64,000 nt of DNA from Octopus vulgaris (GCA_951406725.2 OX597817.1:50902001-50966000); one strand, 5' to 3'. Positions 25,076-40,500 are shown, counted from the stretch's first letter. A program made the numbers and translations. Notes: generated by a model not told the origin, from the letters alone.

Positions 25076-25371
25076 ATATATATATATATATACACATATA
25101 TATATACACACATGTATACATATATATTGTAACTTAAATATATATACACGTATATATATATATATATATGTATATATATGTATATATATGTATGTCTATA
25201 TATGTATATATGTATATATATATATGTATATATATGTATATATGTATATATATATGTATATATATGTATATATATATGTATATATATGTATATATAAGTA
25301 TTTATATGTATGTATATATATATATGTATATATATATATGTATATATATGTATATATAAGTATTTATATGT

Positions 25372-25412
<41 letters not shown>

Positions 25413-25414
25413 TA

Positions 25415-25481
<67 letters not shown>

Positions 25482-25569
25482 GTATATATATATATATGTA
25501 TATATATGTATATATGTATATATATATGTATATATATGTATATATATATATATGTATATATATGTATAT
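25076..25569. repeat. (AT)n/(ATATGT)n microsatellite spacer
   Basis: Direct reading. Confidence 0.95.
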
Positions 25570-25983
25570 ACTCTTTTACTCTTTTACTCTTTTACTTGTT
25601 TCAGTCATTTGACTGCGGCCATCCTGGAGCACCGCCTTTAATCGAGCAACTCGACCCCGGGACTTATTCTTTTTGTAAGCCCAGTACTTATTCTATCGGT
25701 CTCTTTTGCCGAACCGCTAAGTAACGGGGACATTAACACACCAGCATCGGTTGTCAAGCAATGCTAGGGGGATAAACACAGACACACAGACACACACACG
25801 CATACATATATATACATATATAGGAAGGGCTTCTTCCAGTTTCCGTCTACCAAATCCACTCACAAGGCATTGGTCGGCCTGGGACTATAGTAGAAGACAC
25901 CTTGCCCAAGTTGCCACGCAGTGGGACTGAACCCGGAACCATGTGGTTGGTTAGCAAGCTACTTACCACACAGCCACTCCTGC
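25570..25983 (-). mobile_element. SINE family A, full length
   Basis: Reverse complement of the consensus. Confidence 0.93.
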
Positions 25984-25984
25984 T

Positions 25985-26805
<821 letters not shown>

Positions 26806-27594
26806 ATACGTATATATATTATTTGAAAAAGATTGATACGGTTCCATGTGACAGGCTTCCGAAGCAGGGAAAAGATAAAGGTAATCTGAAAAGAAATGTT
26901 AATGGGTATGAAAGTATTGAGGGCAATTACAGGTATTCAAATTGAAGGGATTTTATAAGTTATAATATTACAGGTGTTATTGCACGTATTATTTTATAGT
27001 CTCTAGGATGTATATGATTTACTTTCATAAAATCACTACAAATATCATACGAAGGAAAAATAGTGCAATCACCAAAATAGGAAGTCAGACTAACTAGGCA
27101 GGTGTGTATGATGGGGACCATACCTAGGCACGAGCTGTCAACTCTTTTTCTTTATTCAAAATAAACAGTCCTTTAGTCTCAGATTTTATAGATAATAAAG
27201 AGATGAATTTGAATTGAATTGCAACCTTTACAACCCTATGACCCCATTAGGCTCCATGCGATTCTAAGAAATTGTAGTCTACTCATAGCCACTCTACTAC
27301 AATAACGACAACATGATTTTTCTTCCATATTCTTACTCTGTTAAAATATTTAAGAAAAATTACATTAATGTGTCCTAATTGTCAAAAAAGTCTATATTTT
27401 GTGCAGCTGAAGATATAATGATTATACTGTTCAATCAACTGAGATTGCCTGAAACTGCCGTACTGCATTACTACTTAATATCCTGTTGCTTGTTTTGATT
27501 CTATTCACCTTACTTCCAGTTGTGCAGATAATACTGGACTGATTTTGTGCATCAACTTAAGTACCTAATTCAATTGAATCTTAATTATATCTTA

Positions 27595-27752
<158 letters not shown>

Positions 27753-27938
27753 CAATATAGTATAATACAGCGGTGCTCCAGCTAGGCCGCAGTGAAATGA
27801 CTGAAACAAATAAAAGAATTGTTGTTATGCGTGTGTGTGCATGCATGTGTGGGTGTTTTATGTTAGAATATATGTATGTATATATATATATGTGTGTATA
27901 TATATAGACATATATACATACATACATACACATGTACA

Positions 27939-27969
<31 letters not shown>

Positions 27970-28541
27970 GTATATATGTATAGTCAATTTGTGGATATAA
28001 ACCAAGTTACATTGGTTTAATATACTGTGAAGAGATGACTCTTCAATTAATATAGTGCCAATATCAAATATTATTAAGTTAGAAAATGGGGAGATTTAAT
28101 GGATAATGTTAATTTATTAATTAATTAACGATGCCGGCAATTATTGCAAGTGGCACCCAATCGAACATTTTGAGTGGAATATTATCAGAGCGAACAGACA
28201 TTAAGAAAGTTACATGTTGACCGGTTCAAACATTTTAATAAAACAAGTAGACGAAATTATGTTTAGCTACTTCCGTGTGTATAGGAGTGCGTTAATAATT
28301 AACATGAAATTATAATTTTATATTTTAACATAACTATTAATGCACACACAAGCGTGCTAGCGCAAATAACTAAATATATTCTCATCTATTTGGTTTGTTA
28401 AAATGTCTCTCAATCGGTCAAGATTTAAATTGCCTAATGTCTTTTATCCTGTTGATATTCCACTCGAATTCTTCAACTGAAAGTGAATTGAGACAATGTT
28501 AATAAATTAATTTCATCCATTACATCTCTGAAGTTTCTTGC

Positions 28542-28595
<54 letters not shown>

Positions 28596-28848
28596 GTAAT
28601 AATATATTTACAGATAAGAAAATAATTATATCTTCAAACTCAGGATAATGCTACTAATATAGCTTGATGAACAGGATAAACTATCCATATTTTGCAGAAA
28701 TATCTGCCAACCATAAGACTAGAACTCACATCCCTGTGATTACGTGTCAAGTGCTTTACCATTAAGTTAAACTGCCCAGAGAAAACTACTTTCTGCAATT
28801 GCGATATATAAATCTAGCTTTATAGCAAACTTGAACTTCAACGTAACC

Positions 28849-28854
<6 letters not shown>

Positions 28855-28901
<47 letters not shown>

Positions 28902-28933
28902 ATATATATACAAATAAATACACACACACACAT

Positions 28934-29016
<83 letters not shown>

Positions 29017-29051
29017 CATATATATATATATATATACAAATACATACACAT

Positions 29052-29090
<39 letters not shown>

Positions 29091-29099
29091 CAAATACAT

Positions 29100-29154
<55 letters not shown>

Positions 29155-29160
29155 CATATA
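28855..29160. repeat. Compound microsatellite with recurring (AT)n-ACAAATA-(CA)n units
   Basis: The unit recurs three times. Confidence 0.85.
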
Positions 29161-29276
29161 TTTACACCCTTGTAGGTGTGCGTGTGTGTTTAGTATGTAA
29201 TTAACATAAATGTTCCACTGTCATTTTTTGTGATTACGCAAATAATTTGGAATTAACACATGATATAACTCTTAAT

Positions 29277-29339
<63 letters not shown>

Positions 29340-29468
29340 GTGGTTGTGTGTGAGAGAAAATGATTGTGTGCGTGCGCGTGTATCTTCACACAAACATAAC
29401 CGTATAGTATCTATCTCTCTATTTATCAATATATCTATCTATATCTACCTATCTCTATCTCTCCATTT

Positions 29469-29563
<95 letters not shown>

Positions 29564-29804
29564 GAAAGAGAGGCACAGAGAGAGAGATTGATAGATAGAT
29601 ATAAATATAAATATTTATATACATATATATATATGTCCTCATATAAGCATATATCATATAAGAATCTATCCATCTACACACACACGCACACTACATATAT
29701 AAATATATATATATATATATATACGTATGTATGCAATAATCTCTCGACTGTTGCGGGTGTATGTTCCAAACTCCACTGTAATAGTTGAAACTCGGAGAAG
29801 TAGA

Positions 29805-29982
29805 AACTACTGTACTGTATATTTTTTATTATCTTTGTTTATAATTTGTATATGTTTATTTTATTATAAATGCAAAACAACACCACAGAGGAATTGATGT
29901 AAATTTGAATAATAAACCCCGATAGGTAAATCGTGATAGGTGAACCGCGATTGGCAAACTGCGATATTGCGAGGTATCACTG
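29805..29982. mobile_element. Tigger/pogo-like terminal fragment
   Basis: Ends ...GCGAGGTATCACTG|TA, with repeated subterminal AAccGCGAT motifs. Only one end seen. Confidence 0.55.
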
Positions 29983-30469
29983 TATACTGATAAACAAACA
30001 ATGACACACCGTAAATATCCATGCGTATCACTATAAATTCAAATAGAATTGCGAAAATAGAAGTCAATGCAGTGGTTGTAGTCGTAGCAGTAGCAGGCGC
30101 AGCAGCAGCCGTGCCGGCATTATACTAAATATCACTCATTATACTAAACCTCGAGTCATAAAATGGTAATAGGTATAAATCTTGTAATAGGTCCCAATGA
30201 ACCAAATAAAACGCTGACGAAAAATCATCTCACTTGTCATTAAAAGAAACGATTTGTAGGATTAGCCATTACTAAAGGTTAACTAGACGTCAATATGCTA
30301 ATTATGACATAATTAGAGACCAAAGAGTAAATGCATGTAGGCGTCAAGTCCCGTTGTATATGCTGTACATACAAATACATATGTGTGTGTGTATGTGTGT
30401 GTGTTTGTCTGTGTGTGTTGTCTGTGTTTGTGTGTCCACTCACTCGTATATATGTGTGTTTGTGTGTGT

Positions 30470-31070
30470 TGGAGTGGCAGGTGTCCAACGAGGCGGACCC
30501 TCTCCCAAAATATACCCCTTCTCACACATTGTACTCCCACACATAGACCCAACATACGCACACATTACACAACGCACGCTTTCACCAATACAGAAAGAAA
30601 ACAGACTAACACAATTATATATACCCACACCCCTGGAAAAAACATCCTTATGATAGCACTACACATATCACACATCCCACCCACAGGAGCGCCACACTTA
30701 ATAATGCATACATGTTCCACAAACACTTCAAGATAACTCTTACCGGCTTTACAGCATATCCAATCACAGGACATAACTCCTAACCTAATCCCCTGCCCTT
30801 TTCTGTTTTTCCCAGCAACAGCAGACCCGACAATAGAGAGCAGTTACCATATTCCCTTCCATATCGGCTAACCCTGATGAGCGTAAGGTTATGTAATAGG
30901 ATTGTTACCTAACACACCATTGTATTCCTTGCGTGAAATCGAGTGATAAGATCAACCGTGAGGGATATATAATACTGTACATTTCGGATAATATAACCAC
31001 TCTAACCACTCTCTTGGCAGATATACGAGTGAATCTTTCCCCCGACTTATGGACTCCTAAACGACTCGCA
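30470..31070 (+). mobile_element. Probable PLE pLTR with hammerhead-like motif (30870-30944)
   Basis: CUGAUGA-GCGUAAGG...CCUUGCGU-GAAA-UC, with an 8-bp stem II including GU pairs. Confidence 0.5.
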
Positions 31071-31348
31071 CGTATATGTACATATAGAGGGTGGCTCAAA
31101 AGAAGGTTTACAGCTATTCAACTATCTCTTTCGCATTCATCTATTAACAGTTTAGTTCTTTATAAAAAAAAAACTATGAAACCATTATTTTATGCTAATT
31201 TAGTTAATTGTAAGATAGAAATTTAAATGTAATAAAATATTTGAATGAAATTTAAAATAATAACTCTAAACCCACTTTTCCCTCCCCGCTGTATATATAT
31301 ATATACATATATATATATATGACATTCGTCGTTCAACTCCATTCTTTC

Positions 31349-31397
<49 letters not shown>

Positions 31398-31467
31398 GGA
31401 GTAAATCACATAAATGTGAAACAAGGTGGAAAAAAGAGTACTCAATTACCAGTGGTAGAGTAATATG

Positions 31468-31606
31468 CTTTATTTAAAGCAGCAGAAAATTCAACAAAAT
31501 CTGTTACTCTGAGTTTCTCGTTGCCGTTCATCAGACTGTCTGATGAACGGCAACGAGAAACTCAGAGTAACAGATTTTGTTGAATTTTCTGCTGCTTTAA
31601 ATAAAG
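31468..31606. repeat. Perfect palindrome, 69-bp arms, 1-nt centre (31537), carrying a hammerhead-like core on each strand
   Basis: CTTTATTTAAAGCAGCAG...CATCAGAC-T-GTCTGATG...CTGCTGCTTTAAATAAAG. Confidence 0.97.
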
Positions 31607-32621
31607 TATATATATATATATATGTGTGTCGAAACAAATGTTGGATTTTTTGGTTTTGTAAATTATTGTTTGTGTTATATTATATTCATAGTATATTATG
31701 TTATACTATAATATAAATAAGTTATTGGATTGTCATTTGTATATCTCTATTTAATTTATTGTTTGTTATTTTCACACACACACACACACAAACACAGAAA
31801 CGTACATATACATTTAAACACACGCACTCGTTTGGATATATTATCAATGGTAGAATGTAAACACGATATATCTGCGAGGAATTAATTTTCGTTTGAAGCC
31901 TTATGAATCCTTACGTTAATAATTATCACAGTTTGGTATCTTTCGCTTGATATCCTTTTGTCGCATATATCCGATGAGACTCGGCAATTATACGCAATCA
32001 TACGCAATTATACGCTTATCGACGTAGCAGAGAACATTTATATTTGTACTTTAGGTGTCTCCCCTGTTGCGACATAAATTTCTGCCAAAGTTAACCTGTC
32101 GGTTATTTTCTTTATTCACTTTTATTCTTCTAGAGAGTGAAATATGTTACATGTATTCCGCACTGTAATTTCATTCCATATACATTTATCGCAGTAAATA
32201 ACTCGCCTTTAATTCCCATACTTACCAATTTACATAACACCTCAATAAGTAATCTGTAAATTAATTGTTTCAGCTAATGCACGTTATTAAATTCATTGTC
32301 AAGATTTTTATTCATAATATAACAAGACTGCTTTACTTTTTAATCCTTGTGTTTCTTTAAAATACTTTCAATGACAGAAAGTAATATACTTTAAATGAAT
32401 CAACGTTAATTACATAAACACTGCATTTAATAAATTTGCATTTAAAAGGCAGCACATTTATATTTTGGAGGAAAGAAAAATAAAACATCCTTGTACACAA
32501 ATTATCTGCAAAGCCTCTGAAGTAATGGAATATTTCTCAATTTTAATATTCCTCAATGATGCTTTAATTTCTTGCTTTATTTTGCATTGTCTTTTTTGAC
32601 GAAATATTTCTGTCCCAATGA

Positions 32622-32854
32622 AAGGCGGTGAGCTGGCAGAAACGTTAGCGCGCCGGGCGAAATGCTTAGCGGTGTTTCGTCTGCCGTTACGTTCTGAGTT
32701 CAAATTCCGCCAAGGTCGACTTTGCCTTTCATCCTTCCGGGGTCGATTTAATAAGTACCAGTTACGCACTGGTGTCGATGTAATCGACTTAATCCGTTTG
32801 TCTGTCCTTGTTTGTCCCCTCTATGTTTAGCCCCTTGTGGGCAATAAAGAAATA
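32622..32854 (+). mobile_element. SINE family B, full length with 19-bp TSD
   Basis: TSD AATATTTCTGTCC(C/A)AATGA at 32603-32621 and 32855-32873. Confidence 0.93.
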
Positions 32855-33239
32855 AATATTTCTGTCCAAATGAGGTAAATTTAGATTATTACTTCTCCTT
32901 TTGATTTTTCTTTCTCCGATGGTAGGTTGGAAATTTTTGAGTTTCGATTTTTTTTCTAAGTTGATTGCGACGTAAAATTTTCAAATCCGCCGAGAAAAAA
33001 ATATTTAAATAAATTTTAGGTATGCATTGATTTGGCGAATAAAGAAAAGTGTGAAAATGACATACTTGCCGCTCGATGTAATTACTTGGCAACAGAATTA
33101 CCAGAAGACGAAGACACAGACCATGCATTCAGAATGAGGTAATGATCCGAAGGGAATTTTTCTGACTTACACAGATTTACTTGCCGTGATGAGAACTCGA
33201 CAGCCTCGAGCAAGTGATAAATGAGATCCATATATTTAT

Positions 33240-33415
33240 ATTCGTTTCATATTTTGACACAAGGCCAGTAATATTGGATAAGACAATTATATCGTCTCCG
33301 AAAAGACTAAAGGCAAAGTCGACTTCGACGGAATTTGAACTCGGAACGTAAATATGCATGAAATGACGCGAAGCACTTTGCCCGGGGTACTAACGAATAT
33401 GCCCGCTCAACGCTT
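33240..33415 (-). mobile_element. Old SINE family C
   Basis: AAAGGCAAAGTCGAC...GGAATTTGAACTC motif. Confidence 0.7.
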
Positions 33416-33513
33416 TGTCCCATATACTTATATTAAGGAGACGGCTAGACAGTTTGATTTTTAATTTGTGGATATGTTTTGTTTGATCTAACGAATTCTA
33501 AATATTATGCATC

Positions 33514-33575
<62 letters not shown>

Positions 33576-33631
33576 TGTTGTGTCTGGGGAGCCATTCTCT
33601 TTTAGTGCCTTATAATTAACACACTGACAGG

Positions 33632-33682
<51 letters not shown>

Positions 33683-33836
33683 GTAAAAGAGTCAAAAGGA
33701 AGAGTAAGTACGGTTAGGCAAGTTTTAATCACTACAAATGTTTCGATACGTACAGATCCTCGTATATACAAGATTTAAAGTTAAGTTTAATTTTAAATTA
33801 TTTAACGATTTACCTGTATAAGTAGATCTATATGTA

Positions 33837-33908
<72 letters not shown>

Positions 33909-33921
33909 TACATATATACAT

Positions 33922-34222
33922 AAAGAGCACTCCGTCGTTACGACAACGACGAGGGTCCCAGCTAATACGATCAACAGAACAGCCTGCTCGTGAAATTAAC
34001 GTGCATGTGGCTGAGAACTCCACAGAAACGTGAATCTTTTGTTCTCAGGGAGATTCGGCGTGACACAGAGTGTGACAAGGCTGGCTCCTTGAAATACAGG
34101 TACTACTCATTTTTGCCAGTTGAGTGGACTGGTGCAATGTGGAATAAAGTGTCTTGCTCAAAGACACAACGCATCACCGGGAATTGAAATCACGACCTTA
34201 CGATCATGAGCCGAATCACGCC
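33922..34222 (-). mobile_element. tRNA-derived SINE, family E
   Basis: Minus-strand B-box-like ATTTCAATTCC followed by GCGTTGTGTCTTTGAGCAAGACACTT. Tail shared with 7640-7761. Confidence 0.75.
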
Positions 34223-34235
34223 TTCACACACACAC

Positions 34236-34309
<74 letters not shown>

Positions 34310-34600
34310 CTGTTGTCTCCTATATATTCAAGGTTGAATTTCGTCTTGGGGACTGACAAACGTGTGCACCGAACCGACAATCTCTACTTAGGGCGAAATT
34401 TGTCTGTCGTTCTCGGGAATCACTCTTGCGACAGTGGTCATCATATAACTGGGAATGGTGCATTAACAAAATATGCATTTACTATGATGCGCAGATAGCG
34501 ATATATATGCATGTATGTGTGTGTGTGCACATGGACGCACACACGTACGCACACATACACACACACATACGCACACATACACTCACACACATATGTATAT

Positions 34601-35017
34601 ACTCTTTTACTCTTTTACTTGTTTCAGTCATTTGACTGCAGCCATGCTGGAGCACTGCCTTTAGTCGAGCAAATCGACCCCGGGACTTATTCTTTGTAAG
34701 CCCAGTACTTATTCTATCGGTCTCTTTGGCCGAATCGCTAAGTGACGGGGACGTAAACACACCTGCATCGGTTGTCAAGCAATGCTAGGGGGACAAACAC
34801 AGACACACAAACATACACATACATATACATATATACATATATACGACAGGCTTCTTTCAGTTTCCGTCTACCAAATCCACTCACAAGGCATTGGTCGGCC
34901 CGGGGCTATAGCAGAAGGCACTTGCCCAAGATGCCACGCAGTGGGACTGAACCCGGAACCATGTGGCTGGTTAGCAGGCTACTTACCACACAGCCACTCC
35001 TGCGCCACTCCTGCGCC
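34601..35017 (-). mobile_element. SINE family A with 11-bp tandem duplication at its 5' end
   Basis: GCCACTCCTGC twice at 34993-35014. Confidence 0.92.
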
Positions 35018-35250
35018 TATAAGTATATATTAAATATAGAGATATTCGATTGACAAGCCAATAATTTATTTATACAATATAACATTAAATAATATGAATA
35101 TAATATATAACATAATATATAACAGCGGTGGTGCCCCAGCATGGCCGCGGCCTTCGGGCTAAAACATTTTAAAGGATTTTAAGGATTTATAATAATATAT
35201 AACATAAATAATTATAACCATAAAAGGCCAACACATTGTTTCGACTTATA

Positions 35251-35330
<80 letters not shown>

Positions 35331-35918
35331 GCTGATATAAATATTCACAGTTCCATCATATATAAAGTCATTTCACTGAGTGTTTCGTTAATATGAGGAA
35401 ATAAAATAGGTCATTTGCTTGACCGAGCACCAATAGTTAATTATAGACGCGCCTTAGCTCGTTAAAGTCATTCATTTCTGTTTATTACGATCAACAACGT
35501 CATCACCAGCAGCCAATTTAAGCGCTTTTACGCAGCAGTTCATCATGCTAAAAATAGCAGCAATATCGCTTTCAAATTATACTCTTCTTGTAAGATAATA
35601 TAATTCCACGTTTATTGGTATTACATTGGTCAGGGTCATGACCCAAATGTCTTTATTGTTTTTTTATTTTATTTTTAGAAATGACCTAGATATCAGCTAC
35701 CAGAAGGGCATTTTCACTGAGCGCTTGAGTTCAACAATAATAAAATCTATAATGAACAGAAGGTGGACACCACCGTCGAGAACAAGACGTCTATCGCCTT
35801 TATTATTTCTTGTAATCCCCGTGTCACAACCACCTTTTCCTACTCCTCATCTTTCTGCCTCTCCTTCGATTCCGGCAGCTGCTACTACAATGATATTGTC
35901 ATAAATCTTTCACATGTA

Positions 35919-36081
35919 GGCGCAGGAGTGGTTATGTGGTAAGTAGCTTGCTTACCAACCACATGCTTTCGGGTTCAGTCCCACTGCGTGGAACCTTGGG
36001 CAAGTGTCTTCTACTATAGCCTCGGGCCGATCAAAGCCTTGTGAGTGGATTTGGTAGACGGAAACTGGAAGAAGCCCGTCT
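35919..36081 (+). mobile_element. SINE family A, 5' half only
   Basis: Ends at the internal microsatellite. Confidence 0.88.
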
Positions 36082-36779
36082 TATATATGTGTGTGTGTGT
36101 GTGAAAAAGAAGCATCATTTAAATTTTATCTCCTCGTACAAAATCGGCTGCAATTCTAGCTGGATTGTTTGCTCTTTCCCGAAGCGATGATAGCTTTATA
36201 GAATAAAAAATTATCTTATGCGGTATTTAGGCTACCATTCTTCGTTAGTTCTCAAGTTCTTTTACGGGCAAATCTTTTAACGCAATTTCGTGTTTACTAC
36301 ACACACACACACATTGAAATTGAGGTACAACAGATATCTGCAAACCGCAAGTGCAAGAATGTCTACAAATATGTGAATCATGGTATACTAAATACCATGG
36401 AAGATAATTTTTTTCATTTCTTCCTCTATTTATTCAGACTGTCTTAGCTTCGAGGAGGAACAGACAATATAGCAGCATTTTCAGACGAATCTGTATGAGA
36501 GGGAGACAAAATGTAGAGGATGCTCTTAAAATTGTTTTTGTGTTCACGTCATTATCGCTCCATCAAGCTCTACTAACACAGATTGAGCTAATACTTCCGC
36601 ACTGCAAATTCGTTTCCGTATGAGATATGCAGTAACTAAAGAATTTATATATAAGTATATACATACAAATATATACACACACAATTTTTCATCCCCTACA
36701 CAAGTGCTTTTAAATTATAAAATTGTACGTGGACAGAATATAGAACGAAAGTCCTATCTGCAATCTCGCACCCAAAACG

Positions 36780-36817
36780 TAACAAATATTTAGCCATATG
36801 TGGCTAAATATTTGTTA
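36780..36817. repeat. Perfect 17-bp inverted repeat, 4-nt loop
   Basis: TAACAAATATTTAGCCA-tatg-TGGCTAAATATTTGTTA. Confidence 0.9.
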
Positions 36818-36822
36818 TAAAT

Positions 36823-36874
<52 letters not shown>

Positions 36875-36958
36875 GATAGATAGATAGTTAGATAGATAGA
36901 TAGATAGATATAGATATCTATATAGATAGATAGATAGATATATATATCTATCTATCTA

Positions 36959-37009
<51 letters not shown>

Positions 37010-37012
<3 letters not shown>

Positions 37013-37652
37013 ATTAAGTATGTTATAGAAAGTATAGGTTATTAACGGAGTGTTCGTAGAGAGCTAATGTGAAATATTACAAAGTAGAGGAAAATGAAAA
37101 CGAAAATCCTGATGATGGGGACATTACATATATGGAAGTTTTAATTTTTTAACCCTGACCGGTAATATACCCCTGGAACAGCCGTAAAAGGAACACACTC
37201 GTATTTTTCGGATCCTTTTTATATACTGTTCTTGGTCTTGTGTCTTGACCTTGTGTCACTTTTATCTATACCTTAGATTTATTAGAAATTTTAGACGATT
37301 TAGGCTGTCTGTCATTTTGAAGATTGACATTTTTATTCCTATATTTATCAAACTCTCATTCGTTTTGCGCCCCCTATTTTTATCCCGCATAACATTCTAC
37401 ATGTGATCCTTATTTATAAGTGATTTTATATGTATTTTTATATATTTTTATATGCTTTTATATCTCTAATATATTTCTATGTATGTTTGGTTTTATTTTT
37501 TATACCATTGGAGAATCTTTACGCCTGTACGGGCAGGATTTATGTTGACGTATATGATATATATTATTCAATTACATTGATTGAATATCTTCATTCATGC
37601 GTTCAGGAATCTGGTTGACTGCGATTTCATTCTCCTCTACTTTGTATTAGAA

Positions 37653-37655
<3 letters not shown>
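37010..37655 (+). mobile_element. Possible PLE pLTR island with decayed hammerhead (37105-37190)
   Basis: CUGAUGA-UGGG...CCCU-GGAAC-AGCC-GUA. Bounded by (AT)n on both sides. Confidence 0.4.
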
Positions 37656-37727
<72 letters not shown>

Positions 37728-37849
37728 CATATTTATACAAATTTATAAATTTGTATTTTCTCCGTATTTTCTCCGTAGTTTTTTGTGCTAAGCCACTTGG
37801 TGTTAAATTAATGGTATTATTAAATTAATATCAATTTTTTACCCTCATT

Positions 37850-37945
<96 letters not shown>

Positions 37946-39321
37946 GGCTCCTAAGCCATAAGGTGAATGCACTTTATTTTGTGTAGAATGCAAATGTATT
38001 TTAGAAATAGCAATTTCGTGAGAGCAACCCAAATGAGTTAATTCAGAGTGTGAATGTTCACGTAATTAAGTATTCTTTAATATTATCTTAAAAGTATCAA
38101 AATTTTTTAATCACTTCAGGGCTCTAATGTTCTTCTAATTAATCGTATTCGATCAAATGTATTCGTTCTAAGAGTCTTTAAGATATTGACTTATATCTCA
38201 TATACTGTGTATGCCAGAACCATGGTGAATATCAGTGATATTCTTTTAGTTTGCTTTGATTAATGCTTTGACAACTAATGATGTGTTTAATTCTCAAGAG
38301 TAGTAACACTGTGTTAGCAATATTAATTTGTAACTCTCACTACTAAGTATTTATGTTTTACCTGTGACTCGTTATCTCTGCAGCATTCTTTAAAATACTT
38401 CTTAGATTACATAGATATTGAAATTATCTATGTAACTTTAATTGAAAGTATGCCATAGAATGCGCTAAAAACTGCAGATGTTACTGCAAACTTATTATTA
38501 TCTGTTTCAGGACCTCAGCTTTCATATATTATGATATAAGCATCACAAAATGTTGAGATAGTCAAATCTTACGCCATTTTTTGTTGGTTTTACTTTTGCA
38601 TACATCATCTAAGATAACATTCTAACACAAATTTCAAGAAAAGCCACAAGAAGATATCTATCATCAATTAAGTTTCTAAACGATACCTTAATTAGTATAT
38701 AATTTTGCAAATAAAATTTAACGTATTGCAAAAATAAATATATTACAAGAAGTGATATATTGATAATTAAATTTCTTAATATAACCTTAAACGATATTGC
38801 TTTTACGAACAAAATTATATATATTGTTAGAGAACATTCATTAATTAGTACAAGTCGATATAACTACACAAAATGAAACTAAAATTGATTACACAAAACA
38901 AGATACGAGCCACATGTCCTGACGTTGAAGAAATTACACTTTCAAATTGCTACACAACCCTGGCCGTAAAAAGTGATAATGAAGCTTCTAATTTTCAACA
39001 TCAATTATATGCTAGTTCTATAATATTTCATCTTTTACTTGTTTCATACCGGGTGACTTTTGCCGAACCGCCAAGTTATCGTAACTTAAACACAGGCATA
39101 GAGACACATACGCACACGGGGGTCATTCAGACACCCGTCTTCGCGGTGAACAGGAATTCATCTTCTTTATTCGTCCTTTGCGCCACATGGACTCAGCATT
39201 CCTCTCCTCTTCATCTAACCTCGTCCTCTCTCTTCTCTTCCTCTCACACCTACTTCCTCCCTTCACTTCAACCCACCTCTCCTATCCTCTCTTGCTCTGA
39301 CACCTGTATATTGCTCTTCCA

Positions 39322-39362
<41 letters not shown>

Positions 39363-40407
39363 GCAACGGCTTTTTATCAATTTTCCATCTACTAAACCCA
39401 CCCATAAGTCTTTCATTTAGGACTGACCAAAGAACCATGTGATGGGGAAGCAAACCTCTTACTACACAGCTACCTCTGAGTCTATAAAACATCTTGAATA
39501 GTTGTAAATTCTCTTAGTCTACTAATATTTAACAATACACATCCTGGAATTGTGTGTGCATGGATGATTACATAAAACTCTATGCGCAACTGAAGGAGTC
39601 ATGAAAATATAAACACTAATATCGTTTTAGAATCTCATATTGGATTAACATTAATCTTATTTGATGTGATCAGAAATGTAGCTTATTCAGCGCCAACTCA
39701 GATCTAATCACATTACTTTTGCCAGATTTTATCTAGAATTGTCAAAAATAATAATATAATCTTTGATATTAAATGGATATCAGTGGTCATTTCGAAAACA
39801 GAAAGACATATTTTGTAAAACTATTCTTCTTATGAACAACGGATTCTGTAAGATCTGTTAAAATATTTCGAGCTAACTGCATCTGCTATGAAAAGACATT
39901 TTGAACATTCATGTTTTTCTTTTAACATTCATCAGATAACATTTTATGTATAGCAAAACGTAAGGTTACATGTATTTAACGAAGGCAGACATCCGATTTT
40001 GAATTTGTTCTGCAAGGATTTTGGTCTGAAATCGTATGTTGAAACCAATATTGTTATATGCAACAGAAGCAGTGTTTGATCAATATATGTATCTAACTTT
40101 TGCGGTATCCCTCCGAAAACATACTTCTTATAGACGTAGTGTTTATCAATGGCAGGTGAAACCATTCCAGCATCGGTGGTGGGAATGCTAGAGGTGCCTG
40201 TCGGTCACGTTGCGATTTGCCAGCTGCATGTACCTACAGCTGAGTTCATACTACGAGAAAGTGTTTCACTACTGACTGAGGAAAACAGTGATTGAGCATT
40301 AATTGGATATGCAACTAGCCGCCTGGTTAAATAAAATATCTTACGCATAAAAGAAGCCGTATTGCATTAAAATAGCCTCCTATGTAACATTTCCTATCTG
40401 GAGGTAG

Positions 40408-40500
40408 TAAATGTACGGCATCATTCGTCCAGAAATATTAAATTTACGGCGTCATTGATTCAGAGATAATAAATTTACAGCGTCATTCGTCCAAGGATAT
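40408..40500. repeat. 31-bp minisatellite, 3 diverged copies
   Basis: Consensus TAAATTTACGGCGTCATTCGTCCAGAGATAT. Confidence 0.85.

Noticed and set aside
39944-40165. 73-aa non-repetitive ORF
   Set aside because: No recognisable domain or splice context, and the length is within chance expectation.
40408-40500. CRISPR-like ~31-bp repeats
   Set aside because: Head-to-tail with no spacers, no cas genes, and a eukaryotic context.
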